DNA of 64,000 nt. Origin: Promethearchaeota archaeon (GTDB lineage Archaea > Asgardarchaeota > Thorarchaeia > Thorarchaeales > Thorarchaeaceae). The stretch lies in contig JBHLPF010000001.1 of NCBI GenBank assembly GCA_048939765.1, forward strand, positions 1 to 64,000, in the 5' to 3' direction. Below are positions 9,507-19,930 of this stretch, one piece after another; position 1 is the stretch's first letter; each line of letters begins with the position of its first letter. The translations under genes were made by a program, and so were the position numbers. The notes beneath the pieces were generated by a model, which made no database searches, was not told where the DNA came from, and saw only the letters and a list, made by a program, of their open reading frames with translations.

Positions 9507-10697
9507 ATGAACACGGAAGGTTTCGGGGCTATACTGAGCAATCTCAAGCGAAAGCTCGAAACAGGTATTGGATTTATCAGAAGAAAGCTCTGGCCTTTTG
9601 AAATAACATTTCGAAAGAGACCTTCCAAACTGACGTTTGAACAGTCTATCCGGGTAAGAGTCCTCTCACTTCTTCTCGGGCTGGCCGTTGTTGCAGTGAT
9701 ATTCCTTGTATATGGAATAAACCCGATAGAGCTCTATATCAACATCTTTAGAGTTGCATTCTTCACTAGATATGGAATCATCGAAACCCTTTCTCGCTTC
9801 ATTCCATTGTTGCTAGTAGCTATAGGCCTTGCAGTGCCGTTCCGAGCGAAGATAGACAACATAGGCGCAGAGGGCCAGCTCATAGTTGGGGCTATTGCAG
9901 CCACAGGAGCGGCATTCTCCTTTCAGTACCTCCCCAGTGCGGTCTTGATTCCAATCATGTTCATTGCAGGATTTGCTGCAGGTGCTCTTTGGGCATTACC
10001 CATTGCGATTTTCAGAGTGAAGAGCAAATTCAAGGGTTCTGATGTGGTAATTAGCTTTCTACTCGTCTTTCCAGCACTGTATCTCGTTGAATACCTTGTC
10101 ACTGGGCCGTGGCAGGACCCAGAGGGCTGGGGCTTTCCGCAATCACCGCTGATACCTGAAGCAGCTCAGATACCTCTGTTTCCTACAACGAGAATCCACT
10201 TGACCATTATCGTGGCTATTGCCCTCACATTACTGATTCATCAATATCTTGTAAGAACCAAAGAGGGAATTACAGAAACAAAGCTGGGATATGAGATAAA
10301 CGTGATGGGTGAGAATCCTGAAGCCGGAGAATCGATGGGGATGAGTTTCCTGAAGGTGGCGATAATCACAGTCCTGATCTCAGGTGGCTTAGCAGGTCTT
10401 GCAGGAGTAAGTGAGGTGGCAGGAAATCCCAATCTTTACCGGTTGCGGATGGAGATTTCTACAGGACTTGGTTTCACGGGCATTGCGGTTGCTTGGCTTG
10501 GCGGACTCAATCCCTTGGGAGTCATTGTGAGTTCTCTCTTCTTTGCGGGTCTTTTGGCCGGTGGAATTGAGATACAATCCGCAGGTCTCCCATTTGGTGT
10601 CGTGAATCTCTTCAATGGAGCCATTCTCTTCTTTGTGCTCGTGACAGAGTTCTTCCTACGATATACAGTTGAAGGGAGGTTACGTCATGACAATTGA
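9507..10697 (+). CDS. ABC transporter permease (BPD_transp_2 type)
   Basis: NIGAEGQ, SGGLAGLAG, GFTGIAVAWLG; multi-TM. Confidence 0.93.
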   Translation: MNTEGFGAILSNLKRKLETGIGFIRRKLWPFEITFRKRPSKLTFEQSIRVRVLSLLLGLAVVAVIFLVYGINPIELYINIFRVAFFTRYGIIETLSRFIPLLLVAIGLAVPFRAKIDNIGAEGQLIVGAIAATGAAFSFQYLPSAVLIPIMFIAGFAAGALWALPIAIFRVKSKFKGSDVVISFLLVFPALYLVEYLVTGPWQDPEGWGFPQSPLIPEAAQIPLFPTTRIHLTIIVAIALTLLIHQYLVRTKEGITETKLGYEINVMGENPEAGESMGMSFLKVAIITVLISGGLAGLAGVSEVAGNPNLYRLRMEISTGLGFTGIAVAWLGGLNPLGVIVSSLFFAGLLAGGIEIQSAGLPFGVVNLFNGAILFFVLVTEFFLRYTVEGRLRHDN

Positions 10698-11607
10698 GCA
10701 GACCGGGTCTCAGATTGTGATAGCTGCAACTTTCTTTCTGATACCCACACTGGGTGAAATGGTGTCCGAACGATCAGGTATATTGAACCTGGGAGTAGAG
10801 GGGATGGTCATCTCAGGTGCAGCAGGGGCCTTTGCGGGCGCACATATAACAGGCAACCTCTGGATTGGAGCGTTTGTTGGAGCTTTGGTTGGAGGCCTAT
10901 TGGCGCTCATACATGCAGTGGTAACGATCACGTTCAAACGGAATCAGGTCGTTTCTGGCATTTCGTTGACCATTCTTGGAACAGGACTGAGCAGTATTCT
11001 GGGTCTGGGTCTGATAGGTGTGCCAATTATTCCATTTCAGCCTGTGGCCATTCCAGGCCTCAGTGACATTCCAATAGTCGGCCCCATCTTCTTTGACAAG
11101 AATGTGTTCGTCTACTTCTCATACCTAATGGTGCCAGTTCTCTGGTTTATTCTCTTCAAGACGCGTTATGGTTTAATGATACGGAGTGTTGGGGAGAATC
11201 CGATGGCAGCCTACACACAGGGTGCGAATGTAGTTCGGATTAGGTACTTGAGCGTAATGTTCGGTGGGCTAATGTGTGGACTTGGTGGCGCATATCTTAC
11301 CCTTGCGTGGATACCAATGTGGGTTGAAGGCATAACAACCGCGCGCGGATGGATTGTCATTGCATTAGTGGTAGTTGGCCTGTGGCACCCCGTTGGCGCG
11401 TTTCTAGGGAGTTACATCTTTGGGGCATTCGATGTCCTGCGTTATACTTTCCAGCCATTAGGCATACCGACTGCCTTTCTGAACATGTTGCCTTCAATGT
11501 CGACAATCCTCTTCCTTGTCATTTGGGGGATTTTGTTGAACGTCCAAAAGGTAAAGCGTATCGTAGGAGCACCTACATCTCTATGTGTGCCATTTGAAAC
11601 CGATTAG
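10687..11607 (+). CDS. ABC transporter permease (second subunit)
   Basis: ERSGILNLGVEG, RSVGENP, RGWIVIALV. Confidence 0.93.
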   Translation: MTIEQTGSQIVIAATFFLIPTLGEMVSERSGILNLGVEGMVISGAAGAFAGAHITGNLWIGAFVGALVGGLLALIHAVVTITFKRNQVVSGISLTILGTGLSSILGLGLIGVPIIPFQPVAIPGLSDIPIVGPIFFDKNVFVYFSYLMVPVLWFILFKTRYGLMIRSVGENPMAAYTQGANVVRIRYLSVMFGGLMCGLGGAYLTLAWIPMWVEGITTARGWIVIALVVVGLWHPVGAFLGSYIFGAFDVLRYTFQPLGIPTAFLNMLPSMSTILFLVIWGILLNVQKVKRIVGAPTSLCVPFETD

Positions 11608-11647
11608 TGCAGGTATGAAAGTGAATAGCAAATCCTGAGGTCATGAT

Positions 11648-12019
11648 TCACTCTACTATCTCTTCAGACTCTGGAAACCAAGGCGGGCATACCATGCATA
11701 GAAACACCAAGTCTGAGTCGCCTGTGTTCTCGATATATTGGCTGCCTTTTGGAGGAATGTAGACCACATCACCGGGTGAAACCGCCTCTGCCTCATCATC
11801 AATATGCATGACTCCTGCGCCCTGTATGATATAGTAGACCTCAGATGCCTCAAAGAACATGTGTGGATGTGATGTGTCGCCTGGTTTTAGAATAGCATGA
11901 GCAATGCTGTAGTCAAGCTTAAGGTCCTCCTTTTCATGGCGTGGATTGATGAGCTCTCTGAGTATGGTACCATCCAAAGCCACTATTTCTTCACAGTCAT
12001 CAAATCGCCTGATCCACAT
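11648..12019 (-). CDS. Cupin-domain protein
   Basis: PH....EVYYIIQG.G and PGDVVYIPP motifs. Confidence 0.88.
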   Translation of the reverse strand: MWIRRFDDCEEIVALDGTILRELINPRHEKEDLKLDYSIAHAILKPGDTSHPHMFFEASEVYYIIQGAGVMHIDDEAEAVSPGDVVYIPPKGSQYIENTGDSDLVFLCMVCPPWFPESEEIVE

Positions 12020-12083
12020 GGAACCCAACTCAATTGCGGGCTGCCAGTTTAGCCGTATTTGTTTTGTGTACGTGGTGTTCCTC

Positions 12084-13283
12084 TTAGAAGTCCGGAGGGC
12101 TCTTGTTATACCACTTGGGGATCGTCTCCATCGCGGGTTTATAGCCGTCTAGCACATAGCGTGAGATGACGAGTCTTTGAATCTCGCTGGTGCCTTCATA
12201 GATCTCGTAGAGTTTCGCGTCTCTGAACAGCTTCTCCACTGGGTATTGATCGATGTATCCATACCCGCCATGAACTTGCACAGCTTGATGAGCCACTTCC
12301 ATGGCGGTTTCTGTCGCCATGACCTTCGCAACGCTGGCTGGAATTGTGGGGTCCATTCCATTATCAGCAGCCCAGGCAGCCTTCAAGTATAGGAGTCGTG
12401 CGGCCTCGATCTTGGCATACATGTCCGCCAGTTTGAAATCGATGACTTGAAAGTCCTTCAGTTTCTGATTGAATGCTTCCCTTCTGTTGACATATTCTCT
12501 AGTGTACTCCATTGCAGACCGAGCCAGTCCTGTTGCGAAGGCTGCTATTGATGGCCTCGTCTTGCTGAAAGTCTGCATTGCAACTCTGAAGCCCTTCCCC
12601 TCTTCACCCAGCAGGTTTTCAGCTGGAACTCTCGCGTCTCTAAACATGACTGAAGAAGTTGTGGATGCTCTGTGTCCCATCTTCTCTACCGGACGACCGG
12701 TCTTCACTCCAGGCGTGTCTGCATCAACGATGATGGCACATAACGCCTTGTGTCTTTGGCTGGGATCAAGACTCGCAAAGACTGTGAAGTAGTCAGCGTG
12801 AGGCGCATTTGTTATCCAGAACTTGGATCCGTTGAGGATGTAATGGTCACCGTCCTTCTCTATGCGTGTCTTGATTCCAGCTACATCGCTGCCCATACCA
12901 GGTTCTGAACATGCGAAGCTCACAAACTTCAGGTCTTCCATGAGTGGACGTAGATACTTCTCCTTCTGCTCGTCGTTCCCAGCAACAAGGATCGGTTCAG
13001 CACCAAGACTGTTCACATAGATGCTGGTGGTCATTCCCGCACAGCCTGCAGCCATTTCTTCCACTGCAACGCACTGCTCTATGGCTCCTAGGCCCAAACC
13101 ACCATACTCCTCTGGTATAGCCAAGTTCATGAGACCTGCTTCCCAGCACTTCTTGATGATGGGACGGGGAAACTCACCTGTCTTGTCATAGTAATGAGCG
13201 TATGGGATCATATACTTCTGAGCGAATTCACGTGCTCTGTTTCGTAGATCAGTCTGCTCTTTTGTGAGATTGAAATCGACCAT
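12084..13283 (-). CDS. Acyl-CoA dehydrogenase
   Basis: [33 protein letters not shown]. Confidence 0.96.
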   Translation of the reverse strand: MVDFNLTKEQTDLRNRAREFAQKYMIPYAHYYDKTGEFPRPIIKKCWEAGLMNLAIPEEYGGLGLGAIEQCVAVEEMAAGCAGMTTSIYVNSLGAEPILVAGNDEQKEKYLRPLMEDLKFVSFACSEPGMGSDVAGIKTRIEKDGDHYILNGSKFWITNAPHADYFTVFASLDPSQRHKALCAIIVDADTPGVKTGRPVEKMGHRASTTSSVMFRDARVPAENLLGEEGKGFRVAMQTFSKTRPSIAAFATGLARSAMEYTREYVNRREAFNQKLKDFQVIDFKLADMYAKIEAARLLYLKAAWAADNGMDPTIPASVAKVMATETAMEVAHQAVQVHGGYGYIDQYPVEKLFRDAKLYEIYEGTSEIQRLVISRYVLDGYKPAMETIPKWYNKSPPDF

Positions 13284-13362
13284 TATTCTCCCTCATTGAT
13301 ATTGAAACTGGGATGGGTAGGACAGAGCAGTATAAGGCCATTGCCAAATGGCAAAGAGGTGG

Positions 13363-15630
13363 CTAGGTATCGGTCTGGCTCGTAATCTGACGAACTACCT
13401 CAGGAAGGCTCCATTTGAGTTCCAGTTCAAGTGCACCCTCTCCAGGACCCGGACATCGCCTTACACATGTCCGGCATGCTACGCACAGCCAGAGGTCCAC
13501 CTCGACTTTTCCAAAGCCAGGCGAATCGTCTGTTAGAACAATATCTTTCTTGGGCTTTTCAGTTGCAAGACTCTTCACAGTCTTGTAGAAGAGTGATTTA
13601 TTCACGGGCAAATCGTCGAGAGCCTCATCGGAGATATCAAAGATTCTGGATATCTCCATCACCGGCTTCAGCTCAATCGCGTCCTCGGGACATGCTATTT
13701 CACAGGACTTGCAGCCAAGACACTTGGAAATGTCCCACTCGATTGTGCCAAAGCCCAGCAGGGGAGCATAACCCATCATTGCCTTGTATTCATCGAGAAC
13801 TGAAGGAACATCTACCTCTGCCAAATCGTCCAATGTCACCTTTGGGCGAGTACTGGGAAGCTTGGCACGTGTACGGTAGGAGAGAGATACAGCTGAGCGT
13901 ATCTTCTCCTCGATTCCCATGAGCAACTTTTCTCCCACGACTGCTCCCTCAATCGTGAGCTTGATTAACTTGTCACGACCCTTTGATAGGGTTTCTAGAG
14001 CATTGACGACTTTGCCAATGTCCTCAGCCTTCAGTTCTTGAAGAAGGGACTCAAGTGCAGATGATGCCTCATTGAGTTGAAGTGCCAGAGAACTTGCTGT
14101 TTCAACTGCAAGTTCTGCCTCCGTGGGGGTTCTAGGAACATCATAGAGAAGATAACCGTGACTCTCACCTGCCGAAGTGAGCAGCTCATCTCTCTTCATG
14201 CGAAGTAGATGCTGTAAGATTCGGTCTTTTGGGATGCTGGTCTTCTCTCCAAGATCCTTAGCGGTCATTGCGCCTAACTCACGGATTAGAATGAGAATTG
14301 TTCCGCGCTCAAGCTCATTATCCAGATAGCTGGACATCATTCTCTCATAGACTTCTGGGTCTAGCTTCTCCCCATAGACGTTGGTCCCAGAAACAAGGCT
14401 AGGACCCTTTTCGAGTGTAATCTTCAGTCTGAATCTGGCAAAGGCCTCAAGACCTGCAGAAACAAGTAGGCGCAGATCTTCAGAGCTGTCAGCGGGCTTT
14501 GATTTCAGAACAGCCTCAGTCGCCCGATCAACAGTTTCACGCAGGTTGTTCATTGATTCAGCAAGACTGGTTTCATCGTACTGGCCAAGCTTCTGAAGCC
14601 TATCGAGCAAAGGCTCCATTCTTTGTACCGATTTGCCAACAGAAACTTGTGCATCACCTTCAAGCGATTTTCCTATGCCATTGAGCTGCTGCAATACTCT
14701 CTTGAACATCAAAGTCGAGTCTGGTACTGATTCAAGAACTCGTGAGAATACGGGTGCTTCCTCTTCAAGGCCGACCATCTCGACCTCGCCTCTTTGAATC
14801 ATGCTCACTATGGCTGCTTGGATATCGGACGATTGTGTTTCCATCAGTCTGCTAATCTCAAGGACAGTGCGTGAGCCCATCTTTGACAGGATGAACATGA
14901 TCACCCCGCGTCTGAGCTCAGTCAGTATATTCTCAGAAACTAATTGTAATGCTCGTGTTTCGTCTATCCGACCTTCACGAATCCCTCGCTTCACCTGAGC
15001 CGAGGTCCTGAGGAATGGGCCATATCTTGTCTTTGTGCCAAGCTTCTGAAGAGCGTCTAATGCTGATGTGACATCCTCCGGAATTCCAGAAATGGCCTCA
15101 GATATTGAACCGACCAGTAGCTTCAGCTCAGATTGGGCTGATTCCGCAGCAGCCTCCGCAGCAGTTTCATACTCTGTGATGGTGTCTTCAATCTGTGTTA
15201 TCAAGTCAGACACCGGACTCAGGACTGACTCGATATCGACCGTGGCAGTGTCCTCAATCTCGTCTGTGGCTTCTAGAGCCTCCAATGTGCCACTTATCGA
15301 ATTCAGAAGCCCACGAGTGCCCTCTGTGTCACGGATAGAAACAGCCTCCTGAAGGTGCGTGACAGCCTGCCTTAGCAGCCCTCTATCGGATATTTGAGAG
15401 ATGATGTCAGACTTCTCCGAGGTATCAAGGAACTGTTTGAAGTATGCATCAGGAAATGCAAGAATCTCAGCAGCAAGTGGGTCTAGCTCGCTCTTCAGAG
15501 TGGCTATCTCTCCACTGACTTTGCTGAGGGGGATAACAGCTTCTTCTTTCAGACCGCCAAGTGCCATAACCATGTCCATCATCCGTCTTCGTTTGGGTGC
15601 CATATCGGACAGACTCTTGGACTCGCTCAT
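13363..15630 (-). CDS. Large helical protein with two winged-helix-like repeats and a C-terminal 2x[4Fe-4S] domain; last gene of the hdr operon
   Basis: ATG overlaps the TGA of upstream hdrA; CLGCKSCEIACP and CVACRTCVRRCP; two similar wHTH-like segments. Confidence 0.75.
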   Translation of the reverse strand: MSESKSLSDMAPKRRRMMDMVMALGGLKEEAVIPLSKVSGEIATLKSELDPLAAEILAFPDAYFKQFLDTSEKSDIISQISDRGLLRQAVTHLQEAVSIRDTEGTRGLLNSISGTLEALEATDEIEDTATVDIESVLSPVSDLITQIEDTITEYETAAEAAAESAQSELKLLVGSISEAISGIPEDVTSALDALQKLGTKTRYGPFLRTSAQVKRGIREGRIDETRALQLVSENILTELRRGVIMFILSKMGSRTVLEISRLMETQSSDIQAAIVSMIQRGEVEMVGLEEEAPVFSRVLESVPDSTLMFKRVLQQLNGIGKSLEGDAQVSVGKSVQRMEPLLDRLQKLGQYDETSLAESMNNLRETVDRATEAVLKSKPADSSEDLRLLVSAGLEAFARFRLKITLEKGPSLVSGTNVYGEKLDPEVYERMMSSYLDNELERGTILILIRELGAMTAKDLGEKTSIPKDRILQHLLRMKRDELLTSAGESHGYLLYDVPRTPTEAELAVETASSLALQLNEASSALESLLQELKAEDIGKVVNALETLSKGRDKLIKLTIEGAVVGEKLLMGIEEKIRSAVSLSYRTRAKLPSTRPKVTLDDLAEVDVPSVLDEYKAMMGYAPLLGFGTIEWDISKCLGCKSCEIACPEDAIELKPVMEISRIFDISDEALDDLPVNKSLFYKTVKSLATEKPKKDIVLTDDSPGFGKVEVDLWLCVACRTCVRRCPGPGEGALELELKWSLPEVVRQITSQTDT

Positions 15631-17792
15631 TCGGTCACCTCCATCCACTTACCAGCCGTTCCCTTGTGCACCGGTGTCGGTCCGAGCTTCTTGGCTCTCT
15701 TAACCATCTCACGAATCGCACTTGTGAATCTCTCAGGTTCAGCACTGAACATTCGAAACATATCGACACGTTCACCTTTCCAGCCAATTGCATTTAGTAT
15801 ATCCCGAGTGACATCAACTTGGACTTGAGCAATCTCGTTGCCAGTTCCGCCAATATGACATCGGTCTGTTTCACAGGCGGCAATCATCACGGTACTGGCT
15901 CCATGCTCAAAGGCCTTCAAGATATCAATGATTGAGACTCTTCCTGCACATGGCACTGGAATCAGTCGAGAACTAGCATCGTACTCCATCTTTCGAGTGC
16001 CTACGATGTCTATCGTAGAAACAGAGCACTCCTCACAATAGAAACACAAAGTGATTGGGTACTCGGAGCCCGCTCCGTCAAGAACAGCCTCAATTTCAGA
16101 CCATAACTGTGAGTTTGATAGAAAATTGAGTTGTGTGGCACCTGAAGGGCATAGGCTCTGACATACTCCGCATGCGTGGCAATTCAGAGTGTCAATGGCT
16201 GCTTTGAACAATAACTTCTGTGTCTCGTCCTCCTCCTCAGAGTCAGTCTGTTCGATCATCAGGGGGACACCACGAGGACATTGCTGTGCGCAAAGACTAC
16301 AGCCCACGCATTCATCAACATCAAGGACTGCGCCTCGTGCGAGTTTCTCAATCTTACCTCCCTGAAGCTCGTTATGCAGAACGAGCGCAGCAGCTTGGGC
16401 ATCTGTGACTGCTTCAAAGACAAACTGTGGACGTGTAATTGCACCTACTGCAACAACACCGCGTCTGCGTGTTTCAGTCCGTCTTAGCTTACCATAGAGG
16501 TCCTTGACGTGGCCATCCTCCTCAAGTGCATAGCCGAGTGTTTCAGACAGTTCAGTTATACCATCCGATGGAAGAATGGCGGTAGAGAGAACTACAAGAT
16601 CGGGAGTACTCTCTAGATATTGGTTGAGAAGTGAGTCATAGATGCGAATGTGGGTTTCGTCATCGCTCTCCCAGACCATACTGACTCTGCCTCGAATGTA
16701 ATCCACTCCTCGCTCTCTAGACTCCTTGTATATCATCTCATTCTCGAATGGTACACGAATGTCCATATACACGACCTTTACATTTGCATCAGGGTTCTTC
16801 TCAAGAAGCTCCAATGAGTTATCAATTGCAAATGTGCAACAGAGTTTGCTGCAGTCGCGCTTATAGTCCTCAGACCTACTGCCAACACATTGGACCATTA
16901 CCACATCCCTCACAGGCTTTCCATCCGAGGGACGTGTCATGTTACCATCTGTCAACATGCAGGAGAGCTCAAGCTGTGTTATGACGTCTGGATTCTTTCC
17001 ATAATGATACTCGTCCATCATTGTAGGTTTGAACTCTTGGAATCCTGTCGCCAAGACCACTGCGGAAGTATGTAGTGTCTTGTCATCCTCCTCATCTGGA
17101 ATAGTATAATGAATTGTGAAGTTGCCCATCTCGCCATCAGCAAACTTCACAGTCGTGTCAGTCATCACGTCGATATTCTTGTCGTTCTCAAGGGCGTTAA
17201 GTCGGCCGCTAAAGACCTCTTTTCCTGACTTACCTGTGGGTGCGACAACTGGCAATTGGACCACATGACCACCAATGGTTGATTCACGTTCCATCAGTGT
17301 CACGTGGTAGCCCAAATTAGAAAGACTGAGCGCAGCCTCGACTCCGGCAATCCCGCCTCCTATCACTGTCACATGAGCAGGGACCTCTTTCGTTTCAGAA
17401 ACAAGGGAGATAGAACCAGCTGAACGTGCTAATGCACCTCTTATCATGTCTAAGGATTTCTTGGACGCCTCAGAAAGGTCATTGTGGACCCATGCAGAGT
17501 GCTCGCGGATATTCACATATTTGATCCTCGAGGGGTCCTTTCCACGGGACTGGAGATACAGATCGATGCGGGGCTGAATCTTCTGACTTGTACAGGCTGC
17601 AATTACTAGTCTGGCCTCATTCTCATCCAGTAGTTTAGCTATGGTTTCAAGTCCTGAGTCTTGGCAGACTAGGTTGTGTACGGTCACCGAACCAGCCAAG
17701 TCTAGATTTCCAATCTCTGTTTCCAAGAACTCATAGTCCAGCTTCAGCTGGGTCCCGCATGTACAGAGAAGGACTGGCGATTTACTGCTCAT
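15627..17792 (-). CDS. hdrA: HdrA-like flavoprotein with fused C-terminal MvhD domain (QmoB-like architecture)
   Basis: CTCG/AACTS N-terminal domain, VIGGGIAG, QCVGSR..CSKLCC, two CxxCxxC ferredoxin motifs, C-terminal CEEC..VPCAGRV..CETDRCH. Confidence 0.9.
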   Translation of the reverse strand: MSSKSPVLLCTCGTQLKLDYEFLETEIGNLDLAGSVTVHNLVCQDSGLETIAKLLDENEARLVIAACTSQKIQPRIDLYLQSRGKDPSRIKYVNIREHSAWVHNDLSEASKKSLDMIRGALARSAGSISLVSETKEVPAHVTVIGGGIAGVEAALSLSNLGYHVTLMERESTIGGHVVQLPVVAPTGKSGKEVFSGRLNALENDKNIDVMTDTTVKFADGEMGNFTIHYTIPDEEDDKTLHTSAVVLATGFQEFKPTMMDEYHYGKNPDVITQLELSCMLTDGNMTRPSDGKPVRDVVMVQCVGSRSEDYKRDCSKLCCTFAIDNSLELLEKNPDANVKVVYMDIRVPFENEMIYKESRERGVDYIRGRVSMVWESDDETHIRIYDSLLNQYLESTPDLVVLSTAILPSDGITELSETLGYALEEDGHVKDLYGKLRRTETRRRGVVAVGAITRPQFVFEAVTDAQAAALVLHNELQGGKIEKLARGAVLDVDECVGCSLCAQQCPRGVPLMIEQTDSEEEDETQKLLFKAAIDTLNCHACGVCQSLCPSGATQLNFLSNSQLWSEIEAVLDGAGSEYPITLCFYCEECSVSTIDIVGTRKMEYDASSRLIPVPCAGRVSIIDILKAFEHGASTVMIAACETDRCHIGGTGNEIAQVQVDVTRDILNAIGWKGERVDMFRMFSAEPERFTSAIREMVKRAKKLGPTPVHKGTAGKWMEVTE

Positions 17793-17798
17793 GACTCA

Positions 17799-19055
17799 TC
17801 ACTTCCTCCTCTGGAGAATCTTGCTCACAACGGCCCGTGCCTGGTTGACACTCTCAGGAACTTCTGCGGGGCCTAATGCGCCTCCACAGGCATAGACATG
17901 GTCTCCTGTGACTACTTCGTTCTCAGAGATTGGATCGGCGGGTCCCACATAGCCGCTTGCCGAATTCGTCCCCAGAATATTGAGAAGCTCGTCGCTAGCT
18001 TCTGGGGGTTCCAATGCAGAAGAGAGCACCAGCAGGTCTACTGCAAATTTGAGATACTTGTTCAATAACGAGTCATATACATAGACATCCAGGGTGCCAT
18101 CATTCTGGCGCTCCACTCGACTAACTCGACCACGTACGAACTCGACTCCAGCCTCACGCGTTTCGCGGTAGTATCTCTCATGGCGATCGTAGGTTCGAAT
18201 ATCCATATAGACGACAGTCACTCTCGACTCGTCACGCTCTCTGGATATAATGTTGGCATGCTTCAAGGCGAATACGCAACAGATCTTGGAACAGAATGGA
18301 TAGTAATTCTCATCCCTGCTGCCTACGCATTGAATCATCATCACACTCTTGACTTGAGCCCCATCTGAAGGCCGTACCAATGCTCCAGCAGACTCTCCGT
18401 TTGGATCAAGCATCTGTGCCAGCTCTAGTTGTGTGATAACATTGGGCAGTTTCCCATAGCCATATTCGTCCATTATAGAGGGCTTCATCTCATGATAACC
18501 AGTTGCGATGACAATGTCTGAAACTGTGATAGTTTCTTCAGTCTGAGTGGCACCCAGATTGATTGCCCGCGTTGGACACTCCTCCTCGGCCTTCTTCGCA
18601 CCGTCATCTGATTTCTCAGGATTATAGGTGACTGCCTGTGGCTGACATTGGGGAGAGACCAGGTGAAATGCATCCGAAATGTCGGTGCAAAGACCACACA
18701 TGGTACACTTCTTTGGGTCCACATAGACAGGACCTACATCAAGTTCAACTGAGAATTTGCCTGGCGTTCCAGAGATTGCTTTCACTTTTGTGTCAATTTT
18801 GAGGTCTATATTTGGTTGATCGACCATAGCGCTTCTGTAGAAGCATTTCCTGATGCCCGGGCGCCAGCGATTACCTTCAAAGCAGTAGAAACAGTCGTCT
18901 GTGGGAAATGCTTTGTATAGCTCAAGGGCATTGCCGCCAATAGTTCTCTCTCTGTCAATCAGGATAGACTTGATACCGTTGTCTGCCAGCTCCACTGCTG
19001 CAGTCATCCCTGCTACACCGGCACCTATGACTAGAACTGGACCAGTCAATACCAT
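17799..19055 (-). CDS. hdrA: Short HdrA-like flavoprotein (QmoA-like size)
   Basis: VIGAGVAG, KAFPTDDCFYC, QCVGSR..CSKICC, YMDIR, FVRGRV. Confidence 0.9.
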   Translation of the reverse strand: MVLTGPVLVIGAGVAGMTAAVELADNGIKSILIDRERTIGGNALELYKAFPTDDCFYCFEGNRWRPGIRKCFYRSAMVDQPNIDLKIDTKVKAISGTPGKFSVELDVGPVYVDPKKCTMCGLCTDISDAFHLVSPQCQPQAVTYNPEKSDDGAKKAEEECPTRAINLGATQTEETITVSDIVIATGYHEMKPSIMDEYGYGKLPNVITQLELAQMLDPNGESAGALVRPSDGAQVKSVMMIQCVGSRDENYYPFCSKICCVFALKHANIISRERDESRVTVVYMDIRTYDRHERYYRETREAGVEFVRGRVSRVERQNDGTLDVYVYDSLLNKYLKFAVDLLVLSSALEPPEASDELLNILGTNSASGYVGPADPISENEVVTGDHVYACGGALGPAEVPESVNQARAVVSKILQRRK

Positions 19056-19062
19056 GGTCACC

Positions 19063-19929
19063 TCAACCAGACAGATGGTCTAGGATAGGGTCTGCTGGAA
19101 CCCGGTTCATGCTTAGACCTATCTCCTCCTCATCCATGCCCATTGCCAATGCCAGAATCTGTGGATACAGAAGAACTGGGAGGTCATAGACCTCTCCGTA
19201 TGAGTCCTTCAAGCCAAGCTGCTGGAGATCAAGCTGATTCCCACAGGCAGGACAGACCACAGTAATGAACTCAGCACCAGCCTCTTTCATCGACTTAATC
19301 TTATCCCGAGCAAGTCTGATGGCAAGTTGCTCATTCACTGGTAGAACTGTGGCACCACAACATTGCTTCCACAGAGGATAGTCGATTACTGTTGCCCCAG
19401 TAGCGACGACCATCTCCTGTAGGATCTCAGGTCTGAATTCGGTCACATCTACCGGACGCAAGAGATGGCAGCCATAGTGGATTGCTATTCCTACTCCGTC
19501 CAGAGGCTTTGTGACTCTCTTCTTGATCTCTTCAATACCTATGTCCGTGTACATTGCCTCGACTATATGTCGAACGTTGATGGACCCCTTGAACTCCAGC
19601 CCCATCTTCTTCAATTCAGCGTTGATTTTCTTCAAGTCGTCCTTGTGATGCTTGAGGTGGTGGAGTACATCTTTCAGAGAACCAAAGCAACCATTGCATG
19701 GTGTCACAATGTCATGACCGCTCTTCTCAGCGATAGCGATTGTACGTGCATTCACTAATAGCCAGCCAAAGTTATCAATCGAACGTAGATTTGGGCTGCC
19801 GCAACATGCAACATCCTCAAGATAGTTGAGGTCCATGCCTAGAGCTTCAGCCACCTTGAACATCGAAGCCTCATAATTGGGGTAGTTGGCTGGAACACTA
19901 CAACCCATATACAGACTGTAGACTGGCAT
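19063..19929 (-). CDS. hdrB: Heterodisulfide reductase subunit B (two CCG domains)
   Basis: YMGC, ACCG, TPCNGC, HYGCHLLRP, QCCG, VCPAC. Confidence 0.94.
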   Translation of the reverse strand: MPVYSLYMGCSVPANYPNYEASMFKVAEALGMDLNYLEDVACCGSPNLRSIDNFGWLLVNARTIAIAEKSGHDIVTPCNGCFGSLKDVLHHLKHHKDDLKKINAELKKMGLEFKGSINVRHIVEAMYTDIGIEEIKKRVTKPLDGVGIAIHYGCHLLRPVDVTEFRPEILQEMVVATGATVIDYPLWKQCCGATVLPVNEQLAIRLARDKIKSMKEAGAEFITVVCPACGNQLDLQQLGLKDSYGEVYDLPVLLYPQILALAMGMDEEEIGLSMNRVPADPILDHLSG

Positions 19930-19930
19930 C

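Noticed and set aside
17790-17801. The two hdrA genes are in frame, separated by TGA TGA GTC ATG: possible selenocysteine read-through
   Set aside because: The tandem stops are at a non-Cys position, an AGGAGG ribosome-binding site precedes the second ATG, the second gene has its own N-terminal domain, and no SECIS was recognised.
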